Assembly (NCBI GenBank): GCA_965279515.1
Contig: CBDIID010000003.1
Span: 2,144,001 to 2,208,000 of the forward strand
Length of the DNA stretch: 64,000 nucleotides
Direction: 5' to 3'
Source: Turneriella sp.
Lineage (GTDB): Bacteria > Spirochaetota > Leptospiria > Turneriellales > Turneriellaceae
Positions 26,512 to 34,697 of the stretch are shown here, in pieces. Both the position numbers and the translations under genes were made by a program. The notes beneath the pieces are model-generated. The model was given only the letters and a program-made list of their open reading frames with translations. It was not told the origin of the DNA and ran no database searches. The stretch's first letter is position 1; each line of letters begins with the position of its first letter.

Positions 26512-27888
26512 TTAAGAGGCTTTAGGTTTGCTTGCCATCAGGTATAACACCCGGTGGGATTCCCCCAGCTGCACGATTCTTTGAGTGAAAAAAAACTCTG
26601 CAAACACCTTTTCAAAATCTTCTCTCGAATATTCAGGAAAAATATCTGCCCGCGTGGATAACATCCTCTGGACCTGCGAGTCACTTTTGGGCACAAACTC
26701 GATTACCAGGTAACGGCAAATTCGGCTCAGGAACTCGGCTATCCGCGCGAACGGCAAATGGTGCGTCATCACCAGATGGTGCACCAAGGCGAGAGCAAAA
26801 ACCATGTCGGCCTGAACCCGATCCGTCAAAGCCGCGCGCTCCTGGTTCTCCCAACCAATACCCGGGCTGGGATTCGTGATATCTGTCACCAGCGGCAGAA
26901 TGTGAGTTTCGCGCGCTGCAATACAACGCAGATAATTCTTTTCGACCGCCGCCGCATCGCTGTCAGAAGCAATGGTCGGGATGCCCTGCTCTGCTGCAAG
27001 ACGGCTGAATATGCCGGTGTTGGCGCCGATATCCCACACGTTTTTGGGTTTGATAGTGCGGAGAAAATCGCTGATAGTCGCTTTTTTGTGCGCGAGCGCA
27101 GTCTCTGAATAGTTGTTATGCTCCTCATAGTCTGACCAGCCAGTACCGCGGGGCATCCAACTCAGGCTTTTGACCAGTGCCTCGAGATTTTCGAGCAAAG
27201 CTAAAAGTGAAAGCCGGCTGACCTGGTATTTTTTTTTATTCGCCCCGCCTTTTGCCGCATGCCCCTGCGCTTTCGCGTGCAGATGGATATGCGTCAAAAT
27301 CGAAAAACGGAAGTACGTCGAAAGCGGCAGCAGCGCACTTGCGAGGTCGAGCGGTATGCCATCGATATGGGCAGCGAGCAATGCCCCCAAACGAATATCG
27401 CGGTAACGCATGACTAAGAGCGGCGCAAGAAAATGCCGGCAAAATTGTGCGTAGGCCGCCCACGGTTCGCCGGCAGTATATTTCGCGAACGATAACGTAT
27501 CGATGAATACCGGTCGTCCCCCATAGAATTGTACGTTATAAGCGCTGGCATCCTTCAGCGTCATGCCAAAGCCGAGCGCGGTTTTCTGGATTTTCACAGT
27601 CAAAAGCGCTGCAGCCTTGAGCTGGCTGAAACACCACTCATAGGGATAAGAAATGTATGGAATACGATCAGGTCGAATAACCTTCCAGGCATTTTGTATC
27701 TCCGCCGGCGGAACATCCGCCTCGGCATGCGCAATCAGGTCACCGGATTGGGTGAGGTTCTCATAGAGACCCGAAGCCATGAATGCGCTGAAATCTTCTT
27801 TGCCTGCAAGATTAATCTGCCGGTAAACCTGATCTGCCGAAAGAAAAACAAAGCCGGCGCGATCGCGAAAGGAACCCGCAATTCTCAG
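26512..27888 (-). CDS. NoeA-like class I SAM methyltransferase with kinase-like N-terminus (probable CTG start)
   Basis: WDIGANTG SAM motif, LALVHHL, IEFVPK.D; ISYPYEWCFSQLK, LKDASAYN, FIDTLSF; upstream in-frame SFRD motif reached only from CTG 27888. Confidence 0.85.
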   Translation of the reverse strand: MRIAGSFRDRAGFVFLSADQVYRQINLAGKEDFSAFMASGLYENLTQSGDLIAHAEADVPPAEIQNAWKVIRPDRIPYISYPYEWCFSQLKAAALLTVKIQKTALGFGMTLKDASAYNVQFYGGRPVFIDTLSFAKYTAGEPWAAYAQFCRHFLAPLLVMRYRDIRLGALLAAHIDGIPLDLASALLPLSTYFRFSILTHIHLHAKAQGHAAKGGANKKKYQVSRLSLLALLENLEALVKSLSWMPRGTGWSDYEEHNNYSETALAHKKATISDFLRTIKPKNVWDIGANTGIFSRLAAEQGIPTIASDSDAAAVEKNYLRCIAARETHILPLVTDITNPSPGIGWENQERAALTDRVQADMVFALALVHHLVMTHHLPFARIAEFLSRICRYLVIEFVPKSDSQVQRMLSTRADIFPEYSREDFEKVFAEFFFTQRIVQLGESHRVLYLMASKPKAS

Positions 27889-28097
27889 GACTGGTTTTCC
27901 TTTTCAGTTTTTTCGTTTTTGCGGAAAAGATTCACGAGCTTTTTCCAGTAAATTTTCAGCGCGAGCAAAAACCCGAGAAAGCCGGCCAGGATAGCCTGCA
28001 CGGCCACACTGCCGCTGCCCGGATCGACGTAAGCGTGCGCAGTATCGGCCGAAATAATGTAAATTGCCAGGGGTATGAGGGGAAAATAGCGGAACAT
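27885..28097 (-). CDS. Small membrane protein with AYVDPGSGS motif
   Basis: AHAYVDPGSGSVAVQAILAG then TM and basic tail; coupled to the methyltransferase. Confidence 0.75.
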   Translation of the reverse strand: MFRYFPLIPLAIYIISADTAHAYVDPGSGSVAVQAILAGFLGFLLALKIYWKKLVNLFRKNEKTEKENQS

Positions 28098-28158
28098 TCG
28101 GAGTTTACATCTTATTCGACCGATACTTCCTGCTCGGCGTCGGAGAATACTTTCCTTA

Positions 28159-30042
28159 ATGCCTGAGTTGTCAATACCTTCTTTCTTCGCGCTGCTCTAT
28201 TCTACCTACCTGCTGGTCTTCATGGAAGGTTTATTCTTTTTTACGCGGCCGACTTTTGTGTCTGCAACAGACCCGCTGGAGATTGTGGCGGCAGTTTTTG
28301 TATCTGTCCCGCTCGTCTGGCTACCCGGGCTTATACTCTGGGCCGCCGGTACAGCACTCGATGGGTTGACCAGCCGGTTCACGAAAAGAAGCGCACAACT
28401 TTCCCTGATGCCGGCGCTGGTCGGCCTCACCTTTAGCGCGCTGCTGATGGCCGATAATTTCTCTTATACGGTTTTTAAAACCGGCATTATCCATACCCAG
28501 GGGTTGCAGCGCTACCTGTATCTGGGAATCATCGCCGCGGTGTTCATCGTACTCTACTGGCAAATCACCAGAACGATGCGCAGAAACCGCATCTTCTACC
28601 GGCATCCGCTGGCTTTTTTTTCCGCAGGACTTCCCCTGATGACAAGTATTGTCATTATTTTTGGAAAGCTTTTACTGAGCCCTTCGGCCGCGGTGGCGTC
28701 AGATGCGGGTGCACGCGCCCGCTCCGATTTACCGAATATTATCCTGTTCGCTTCGGACGGCATCGATGCCAACAGGCTCGCGCTCTATGGCTACCGCCGC
28801 AACACAACGCCCAACCTCAATGCCTTTTCCAGGGAAAGGCCGCCGCTGTTGTGCGAAAATGCATTTTCCAACGGCGCGCGCACGACAGGCTCTGTGACGT
28901 CGATGCTGACGGGGAAGGCGCCGGCCACGAACAAGGTATTTTTCCCGCCGCATATGCTTGATGATGCCGAAGCGCTGCGGCACTTGCCGGGCATCCTGAA
29001 AAAACTCGGCTATGTGAATTTCCAGGAGACCATCCGCTATTACGCAGACGCGGGTGACCTGAATTTGCAGGGTGCATTCGACATCGCCAATAACCGCGGC
29101 CTGTACAATCCCGGCTTTCTCGGCCGGCGTTTTGTCACGGAAAATTATTTTCTCGCGGCTATCGTCGACCGCATCCGGCAACGCAGCCTGCATCTGACCG
29201 GAGTGCGTGCGATGGAAGACGTCTATGCACAAATGACGCAGCCAGATAAGCCGAACGAAGTTTATGGAACAAACGACGACACGCGCATGGACCGTTTTTT
29301 CAAATTTATGGAGGGCACAAGGACGCCATTCTTTGCACACCTGCACCTGCTCGATTCGCACTGCTGCGGGTATAAGATTCGCCGTGCACATTTTTCTGCG
29401 CGCGGCGAAGACGACGACGAAGGGCCGTCGGCCAATGACCTGATGGACGACACCATTCTCTCCAGCGACGATCATTTTGGCCGCATGCTGGCGTTTCTGA
29501 AATCACGCGGCATGCTCGCCAATACGCTGATCGTTTACAGCTCTGACCACAACCGGGGCTGGACGATCAAAAAGCGCACGCCGCTGATGTTTTTCTTTCC
29601 GGACGGCAAACAGGCCAGGGTCGAAGAGAAAAATTGCCAGCTTTTGGATGTTATGCCGACCATTCTTGATTCCCTGGGCCGAAACGTGCCCCCGTGGGTT
29701 GAAGGCCACTCGCTGCTCAGACCTGAGAAGCTCACGAGTGACAGGCCAATCTTCGGCTTTCTCAATATCAACCGTCGCCCTATCAAGGTCGGCGCCTCAA
29801 CAGTGACAACGCTGACGAATGCCGGCCCGCCTTTTTATGGCCTGACCTCTTATAATATGGTGAGCTGCGACCGCTGGTATGAATTAAACCTCAATACAGG
29901 CGGCATGTCGTCGGGGACTGTTACCGGGCATTCAGGCGATTGCGAAGACGCAGAAGACCTGAACTCCGCAGATGCCAGGCGCAAGATCGTAAAATACCTG
30001 CGGGCGAAAAAACTCGGATTTAAATTTAAAGACGCGGGTTAG
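28159..30042 (+). CDS. Membrane-anchored sulfatase-like hydrolase/transferase (alkaline phosphatase superfamily)
   Basis: ~5 TMs, PNIILFASD, YGY.RNTTPNL, TxxSxxSMLTG, HLLDSH, SSDH, DVMPTIL. Confidence 0.85.
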   Translation: MPELSIPSFFALLYSTYLLVFMEGLFFFTRPTFVSATDPLEIVAAVFVSVPLVWLPGLILWAAGTALDGLTSRFTKRSAQLSLMPALVGLTFSALLMADNFSYTVFKTGIIHTQGLQRYLYLGIIAAVFIVLYWQITRTMRRNRIFYRHPLAFFSAGLPLMTSIVIIFGKLLLSPSAAVASDAGARARSDLPNIILFASDGIDANRLALYGYRRNTTPNLNAFSRERPPLLCENAFSNGARTTGSVTSMLTGKAPATNKVFFPPHMLDDAEALRHLPGILKKLGYVNFQETIRYYADAGDLNLQGAFDIANNRGLYNPGFLGRRFVTENYFLAAIVDRIRQRSLHLTGVRAMEDVYAQMTQPDKPNEVYGTNDDTRMDRFFKFMEGTRTPFFAHLHLLDSHCCGYKIRRAHFSARGEDDDEGPSANDLMDDTILSSDDHFGRMLAFLKSRGMLANTLIVYSSDHNRGWTIKKRTPLMFFFPDGKQARVEEKNCQLLDVMPTILDSLGRNVPPWVEGHSLLRPEKLTSDRPIFGFLNINRRPIKVGASTVTTLTNAGPPFYGLTSYNMVSCDRWYELNLNTGGMSSGTVTGHSGDCEDAEDLNSADARRKIVKYLRAKKLGFKFKDAG

Positions 30043-30052
30043 AGAGTAAGAC

Positions 30053-30072
30053 CTCCCGCCCGAAAGCGGGAG
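30053..30072. terminator. Hairpin between convergent genes
   Basis: CTCCCGC-CCGAAA-GCGGGAG stem-loop. Confidence 0.5.
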
Positions 30073-30080
30073 AGGAAACC

Positions 30081-30566
30081 TTATTTAGATTCGACGAGTT
30101 TGAATGTGACGCGGCGGTTTTGTAATTTTGTCAGCGAGGGATCCTGGTCTGAATCTGAAACACCGACATAGGTCATCTTTGTGCCATCGAGACCCTTCTG
30201 TTTGAAGTAGTCATAGACAAATTTTGCACGTTGCGTAGAGATATTTTTCAGAAAACTCTGGGGTTTTCCGCTGCCAGAATTGGCATGCCCGGCGATCTGC
30301 AGTTTATAACCCTCTGGCATAGATGCAACCACACCCTTGGCAACACTGGCTGACGCTTCGCCGTACTGATCAAACTGCGTCATAGGCATCGACGAACCAA
30401 AGCCGGGAAAACCCATGACAGGCACCTTTGCCAGCTGCGCATTTGCAGCGTCGACGATCATATTACCGCTGGGCGCGCGCTCTTCTACTTTTGGCGTCGA
30501 GCTGCAGGCCGCAAAAAGTGCGGCAAACAACAATGCCTGAACAAACAATAAATTTCTGAATTTCAT
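30081..30566 (-). CDS. OmpA-family peptidoglycan-binding lipoprotein (Loa22-like)
   Basis: FAAC lipobox; LQIAGHAN, NIS.QRA, NRRVTF OmpA motifs. Confidence 0.85.
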   Translation of the reverse strand: MKFRNLLFVQALLFAALFAACSSTPKVEERAPSGNMIVDAANAQLAKVPVMGFPGFGSSMPMTQFDQYGEASASVAKGVVASMPEGYKLQIAGHANSGSGKPQSFLKNISTQRAKFVYDYFKQKGLDGTKMTYVGVSDSDQDPSLTKLQNRRVTFKLVESK

Positions 30567-30740
30567 ATTACCTCTGGTACGTTTTTCGGATAGAAAGCGG
30601 CCGCTAAATAACGGGCCGGGTTCACGCAGGATGGATTTTGCAGATAAGGAGCGCGTGATGATTTCTGACCGTTGGCCGACAGAGCGCCATGGGGAATTCT
30701 TACGTCAATGAAATTTGGCATGAAACCAGCCCGTAATTAT

Positions 30741-31184
30741 TCATTCTTGCGTGATGCGTATACAAAGTACCCCATCCTTTTCGAAATGAAATACAACCTT
30801 GTCTTTTGCCGTATATGTCCAAACATCTTTGGGATGCAACCGGTGGAAATTCTCCTTACCCGCAATCAGGGCTTCGCACCACGCTGCCTCTTTCGGGAAT
30901 GAGGTGATAACCGCACCGGCCAGCCATTTTTTCGCATCTGCCTTTTTCAGCGCAAGCGCAACCCTGAAATCGCGGTGTGTTGGCCCGGGAATCGACGAGC
31001 CGGCGTTGAGATTCACATCGTAAATATCAAACTGTACATCTTTGACCTCTGAACGCATGCGCAGGTATTTTTTAAGCACGCGGACACGCTCCTCTTTATC
31101 GGCGTAGTCAATGCTGCGAACACGGTTGCTGCCGGCATAAGCTGCCATAAAGGCGAGCAATCCTGCCAATATTCCACGAATCAT
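30741..31184 (-). CDS. Secreted hypothetical protein
   Basis: TGATG coupling to globin stop; signal peptide; IPGP motif. Confidence 0.65.
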   Translation of the reverse strand: MIRGILAGLLAFMAAYAGSNRVRSIDYADKEERVRVLKKYLRMRSEVKDVQFDIYDVNLNAGSSIPGPTHRDFRVALALKKADAKKWLAGAVITSFPKEAAWCEALIAGKENFHRLHPKDVWTYTAKDKVVFHFEKDGVLCIRITQE

Positions 31185-31654
31185 CAGGGCAAGTATGGTC
31201 CGCCGGTTTCGCCCCAACCCCATTTGGGCATGGGTTGCTCTGCTTCCATTGGATTCTCTGTAAGATTCGAGTTAATCACCGCAAGCCGGGTTCCCCATTC
31301 GAGATAGCCCACAAAAGCCGAGCGAAACTCGGGATCGCTTTTGAGCCCGATTTCATCCGCCGTTTCGAGCAAGAGTTGAATCCAGCGCTGCCGCTTCTCT
31401 TCCGTTAACATTTTGCCGATATGTTTTCCGATCATCTGAGAGTGACTGCCGCCGTCCTGGGTAGAATATAACTTTTCACCACCGAAAACTTCGGCAACAA
31501 AATGGGCTACGTGTTGGACGTGCTCTTTGGACATATTGGCAAAAACTGCGCCTAACAAAGGATCTTTCAGAACTTTTTCATAAAATTTTGAAAACAGGTT
31601 TTCGAAGGTCGTCATATCGCCCGCCCATTCGAATAATGTAGGAATTTTTTCCAT
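31184..31654 (-). CDS. Group II truncated hemoglobin
   Basis: PTLFEWAG, FY..V..DPLL, HVAHFVAEVFGG..Y, H, W..LL, FRSAFVGYLEWG. Confidence 0.88.
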   Translation of the reverse strand: MEKIPTLFEWAGDMTTFENLFSKFYEKVLKDPLLGAVFANMSKEHVQHVAHFVAEVFGGEKLYSTQDGGSHSQMIGKHIGKMLTEEKRQRWIQLLLETADEIGLKSDPEFRSAFVGYLEWGTRLAVINSNLTENPMEAEQPMPKWGWGETGGPYLP

Positions 31655-31746
31655 GGTGCTCCGTTAAAGGTTTTTTTAGTGAATTTCAGATGGCATGGCA
31701 AGCCCGATTAAAAATAGCGTACGCAGCAAACGTTCGGGTAAAATAC

Positions 31747-32625
31747 TTATGCTCCTTTTTTCATGCGCGCAACATCTCTGGCCGGCGGCGCGCCGAAGAA
31801 CCGCGCATACTCGCGGTTGAACTGCGATGCACTCTCGTAACCGACTTCATACGCCGCCGGTGCAACACGGTAACCACCAAAGGCCAAAAGCTTGCGTGCC
31901 TCCATCAGACGCAATTGTTTTTGAAACTGAATCGGCGTCATGCCCGTGATCTGCCTGAACTGGCGGTGAAACGTTGTCACCGCAATGCTGGCCTTCTCCG
32001 CCAGGCGATGGATTTCTACCGTGCTGGTATAATTTTCCCGAATCCACTGAATCGCCTGCTGTATGCCCGGCCCCTGACCATGCGCACGGCAGAGGCGCGC
32101 CAGCCGCCAGCCCTGCGGCCCGATGAGTACACGGTACAGTATCTCGCGTTCGTAGACAGGCGCCAGCGCTGCAATGTGCTCAGGCGTCTTCAAGAGGCGC
32201 AGCATGCGTAGCACAGCTTCGAGAAAATCTTCCGTTGCGTCGCAGGCAGAAAACGCAGTGGGATATCCCCCTTTGTGAAGGTCTTCAGGCAGATCGTTCA
32301 GCAAACTTATCAGTGTATCTTGATTCAAATACAGCCCCACCGAAACATAGGGCAGACCGTTCGCGCCCTGGTGCACCCGGCCCGTCGCCGGCAATTCTGT
32401 GGGAATGACAAAGTACGACGGCGCCCTGAGCTCGATGGTTGTGTCGCCGATCCACAGCGTCTTGCCGCCCTGCACCACGAGCCCGATCATCGGCTCATAG
32501 AGCGCCGCGAGCTGCTGCTCTGGCACCTCGCCCTTGATGATCAGCACGCCGGGCAATGGCGTGGTGGTCGGCGTGGTCTGCGCCGCCATCGTCAGTTGAA
32601 CTATTTCAGTCAGCTGATCTTGCAT
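31747..32625 (-). CDS. AraC family transcriptional regulator
   Basis: YEP..LVVQG.K N-domain; MTPIQFQKQLRL, VGYESASQFNREY.R.FG. Confidence 0.93.
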   Translation of the reverse strand: MQDQLTEIVQLTMAAQTTPTTTPLPGVLIIKGEVPEQQLAALYEPMIGLVVQGGKTLWIGDTTIELRAPSYFVIPTELPATGRVHQGANGLPYVSVGLYLNQDTLISLLNDLPEDLHKGGYPTAFSACDATEDFLEAVLRMLRLLKTPEHIAALAPVYEREILYRVLIGPQGWRLARLCRAHGQGPGIQQAIQWIRENYTSTVEIHRLAEKASIAVTTFHRQFRQITGMTPIQFQKQLRLMEARKLLAFGGYRVAPAAYEVGYESASQFNREYARFFGAPPARDVARMKKGA

Positions 32626-32807
32626 GGGCTCAAGATAGTCAAAATAGCATTTTTAGGCCTAAAATTAGTAAACTTCTTAATAAAAGGCCGATTCATTAAC
32701 TATGCTAAGGTACTATTAGGCAATAAATCGACAGCATTGGATCTTGAAACTGGCCGCAAAATACCCTATACCTATGTCTCGACATTAAAAATTTAAAGGA
32801 GAATTTT

Positions 32808-33560
32808 ATGAAAGTAGCAATTGTCACAGGTGGAAGTAACGGCATCGGTAAGAGCACGGCGCTCGAGCTGGGCCGGCGCGGCGTCGGCGTGATTCTGACG
32901 TATCACTCGCACCCCAAGGGCGCCGACGATGTGGTGCGCCAGATCGAACAGCTCGGTGCACGTGCCGTGGGATTAAAACTCGATCTCAGCCAGCGCTCGA
33001 CGTTTGCCGATTTTACCGAACAGGTGAAAAAACATCTCGCTGAAATCTGGCGGAAGGACACCTTCGACTACCTGGTAAATAACGGCGGCATCGGTGGTGG
33101 CATGATATTCAGCGCGATGACCGAAGAGTATTTCGATGCGATCCTCAACACGAATTTCAAAGGGCCGGTTTTCCTGACGCAGCAGTTATTGCCGCTCATG
33201 GCAGACGGCGGGCGCATTGTGAACACCTCGAGCAACTCGAAGTCGATCACACCACCGGGGTATTCGATCTATGGCTCGCTGAAAGCGGCGCTGTCAACCT
33301 GGACGCGTTACCTCGCCAAAGAACTCGCTCCGCGGCAGTTTCGTGTCAATGCTGTGTCTCCCGGGCCTGTGCGCAGCAACTTCGGCGACGGTGTGTTCGA
33401 TAAACATCCCGAATATATCCAACCGCTCGCCGACCAGACGGCGCTGGGCCGCATCGCCGAGCCCGAAGATGTCGGTCGGGTGATCGCCAACCTGCTGTCC
33501 GACGATTTCGGCTGGGTAACCGCACAGGACATCGAAGTTTCGGGTGGCTTCATGCTTTAG
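32808..33560 (+). CDS. SDR family oxidoreductase
   Basis: TGGSNGIG, LVNNGG, YGSLK (YxxxK), RVNAVSPG; AAGGAG RBS. Confidence 0.93.
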   Translation: MKVAIVTGGSNGIGKSTALELGRRGVGVILTYHSHPKGADDVVRQIEQLGARAVGLKLDLSQRSTFADFTEQVKKHLAEIWRKDTFDYLVNNGGIGGGMIFSAMTEEYFDAILNTNFKGPVFLTQQLLPLMADGGRIVNTSSNSKSITPPGYSIYGSLKAALSTWTRYLAKELAPRQFRVNAVSPGPVRSNFGDGVFDKHPEYIQPLADQTALGRIAEPEDVGRVIANLLSDDFGWVTAQDIEVSGGFML

Positions 33561-33596
33561 TTGTTGTTCGTGTATAGCGACGGGATTTCTGCGCCA

Positions 33597-33959
33597 ATGA
33601 AATTGGTCTCCAGGATCCTGTCGTTATGCCTGTTACTCAGTGTTCTACCGGCAATTCACGCAGAATGGCGCAACTGCCCTTTCGGCGAGCACGAGGCTGA
33701 AGAGGTTTTCAATGTATTTTTCGAATATTTCAAAAAAGTCGATCCCGGCGATCAAAAGCTCATCGACCCGAAAGGTTGCAAAATCGACGTCGATTGCAGT
33801 GCAAAAGGTGATGCGATCCATGCCCGCTTCAAAGCGGAATGTATAGTGTTAACATATAAACCCAAAGCAAAAAACCACATGAAACCCAATGGCGAAAAGT
33901 TTAAGCTACAAAAAACCGTGGTCTCCGGGAAAAACAGCGACCCTTACCTGAAAGAATGA
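33597..33959 (+). CDS. Small secreted hypothetical protein
   Basis: Signal peptide IHA|E; four Cys in mature region. Confidence 0.6.
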   Translation: MKLVSRILSLCLLLSVLPAIHAEWRNCPFGEHEAEEVFNVFFEYFKKVDPGDQKLIDPKGCKIDVDCSAKGDAIHARFKAECIVLTYKPKAKNHMKPNGEKFKLQKTVVSGKNSDPYLKE

Positions 33960-33960
33960 A

Positions 33961-34326
33961 TCACGTCCCGTCGTCAAACTTCACGACGGTGGCTTTCAGA
34001 TGCAGTATATGGATGGTCCCCAACAGCCAGTACTCTTTTTCAAGAAACCAACTCACTTGTATGATGTCGTCGCCCTGCTTCGCCTGAACGAGTTCGCGCC
34101 GCGCGCGCTCAAAATCAGGGGCTCCGGTGACATTGGCGCTCCACAATAAATTGAAGTTACTGACCCGCGTTTCGGCCTCACCCAGAATTTTGTACGGTCT
34201 GCTGATTGCCGTCAGCGAAGGCACGATGCCACCTGGCGAGGTCTTGCGCAGGCCGACGTGATTGCCCGAACATGACATTATTAGGAAAAACAAAGAGAGA
34301 ATAAATACGCGCAGCAGCAGTTTCAC
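33961..34326 (-). CDS. TRL-like lipoprotein associated with TonB receptor
   Basis: IMSC lipobox; YKILGEAE, PDFERA, GDDIIQVSW; paralog of next gene. Confidence 0.7.
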   Translation of the reverse strand: MKLLLRVFILSLFFLIMSCSGNHVGLRKTSPGGIVPSLTAISRPYKILGEAETRVSNFNLLWSANVTGAPDFERARRELVQAKQGDDIIQVSWFLEKEYWLLGTIHILHLKATVVKFDDGT

Positions 34327-34691
34327 TTTCTCTTTTTAACCTCGGTTTCCCCTCTCGGCCTGATTTTCACCGCAGTCCCTGAAAGATAAAGTTTATCCCA
34401 GGTGGCGAATAACAGGCAGGCATCTTTTTTATACCAGCGGATATCAATCAGGGCATCCCCCTGGGAACTATCCAGCGCCATTTTGATGGCTTCGTCAAAA
34501 TCAGGATGCCCGAAAGAGAACAGGCAGAGCGGCGAAAAACTCCATGCGCTCGAAGTGCCTTCGGCGGGGCCAAGGGTTTTCGAGATTTGTTCCTGTGTGA
34601 CAGGCACGTTAGAGGGGGCCATCCCCATCGGCGTGACGCATGCAACAAGTGTTGCCGCCAGCAAAATCATGATTACCGGAACTTTTTTCAT
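34323..34691 (-). CDS. TRL-like lipoprotein associated with TonB receptor
   Basis: LVAC lipobox; SNVP, LGPAEG, PDFDEAI, GDALIDIRW. Confidence 0.7.
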   Translation of the reverse strand: MKKVPVIMILLAATLVACVTPMGMAPSNVPVTQEQISKTLGPAEGTSSAWSFSPLCLFSFGHPDFDEAIKMALDSSQGDALIDIRWYKKDACLLFATWDKLYLSGTAVKIRPRGETEVKKRK

Positions 34692-34697
34692 ATTACC

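Noticed and set aside
32626..32807. AT-rich intergenic stretch as ncRNA or foreign DNA
   Set aside because: Ordinary divergent AraC/SDR promoter region; no stable structure seen
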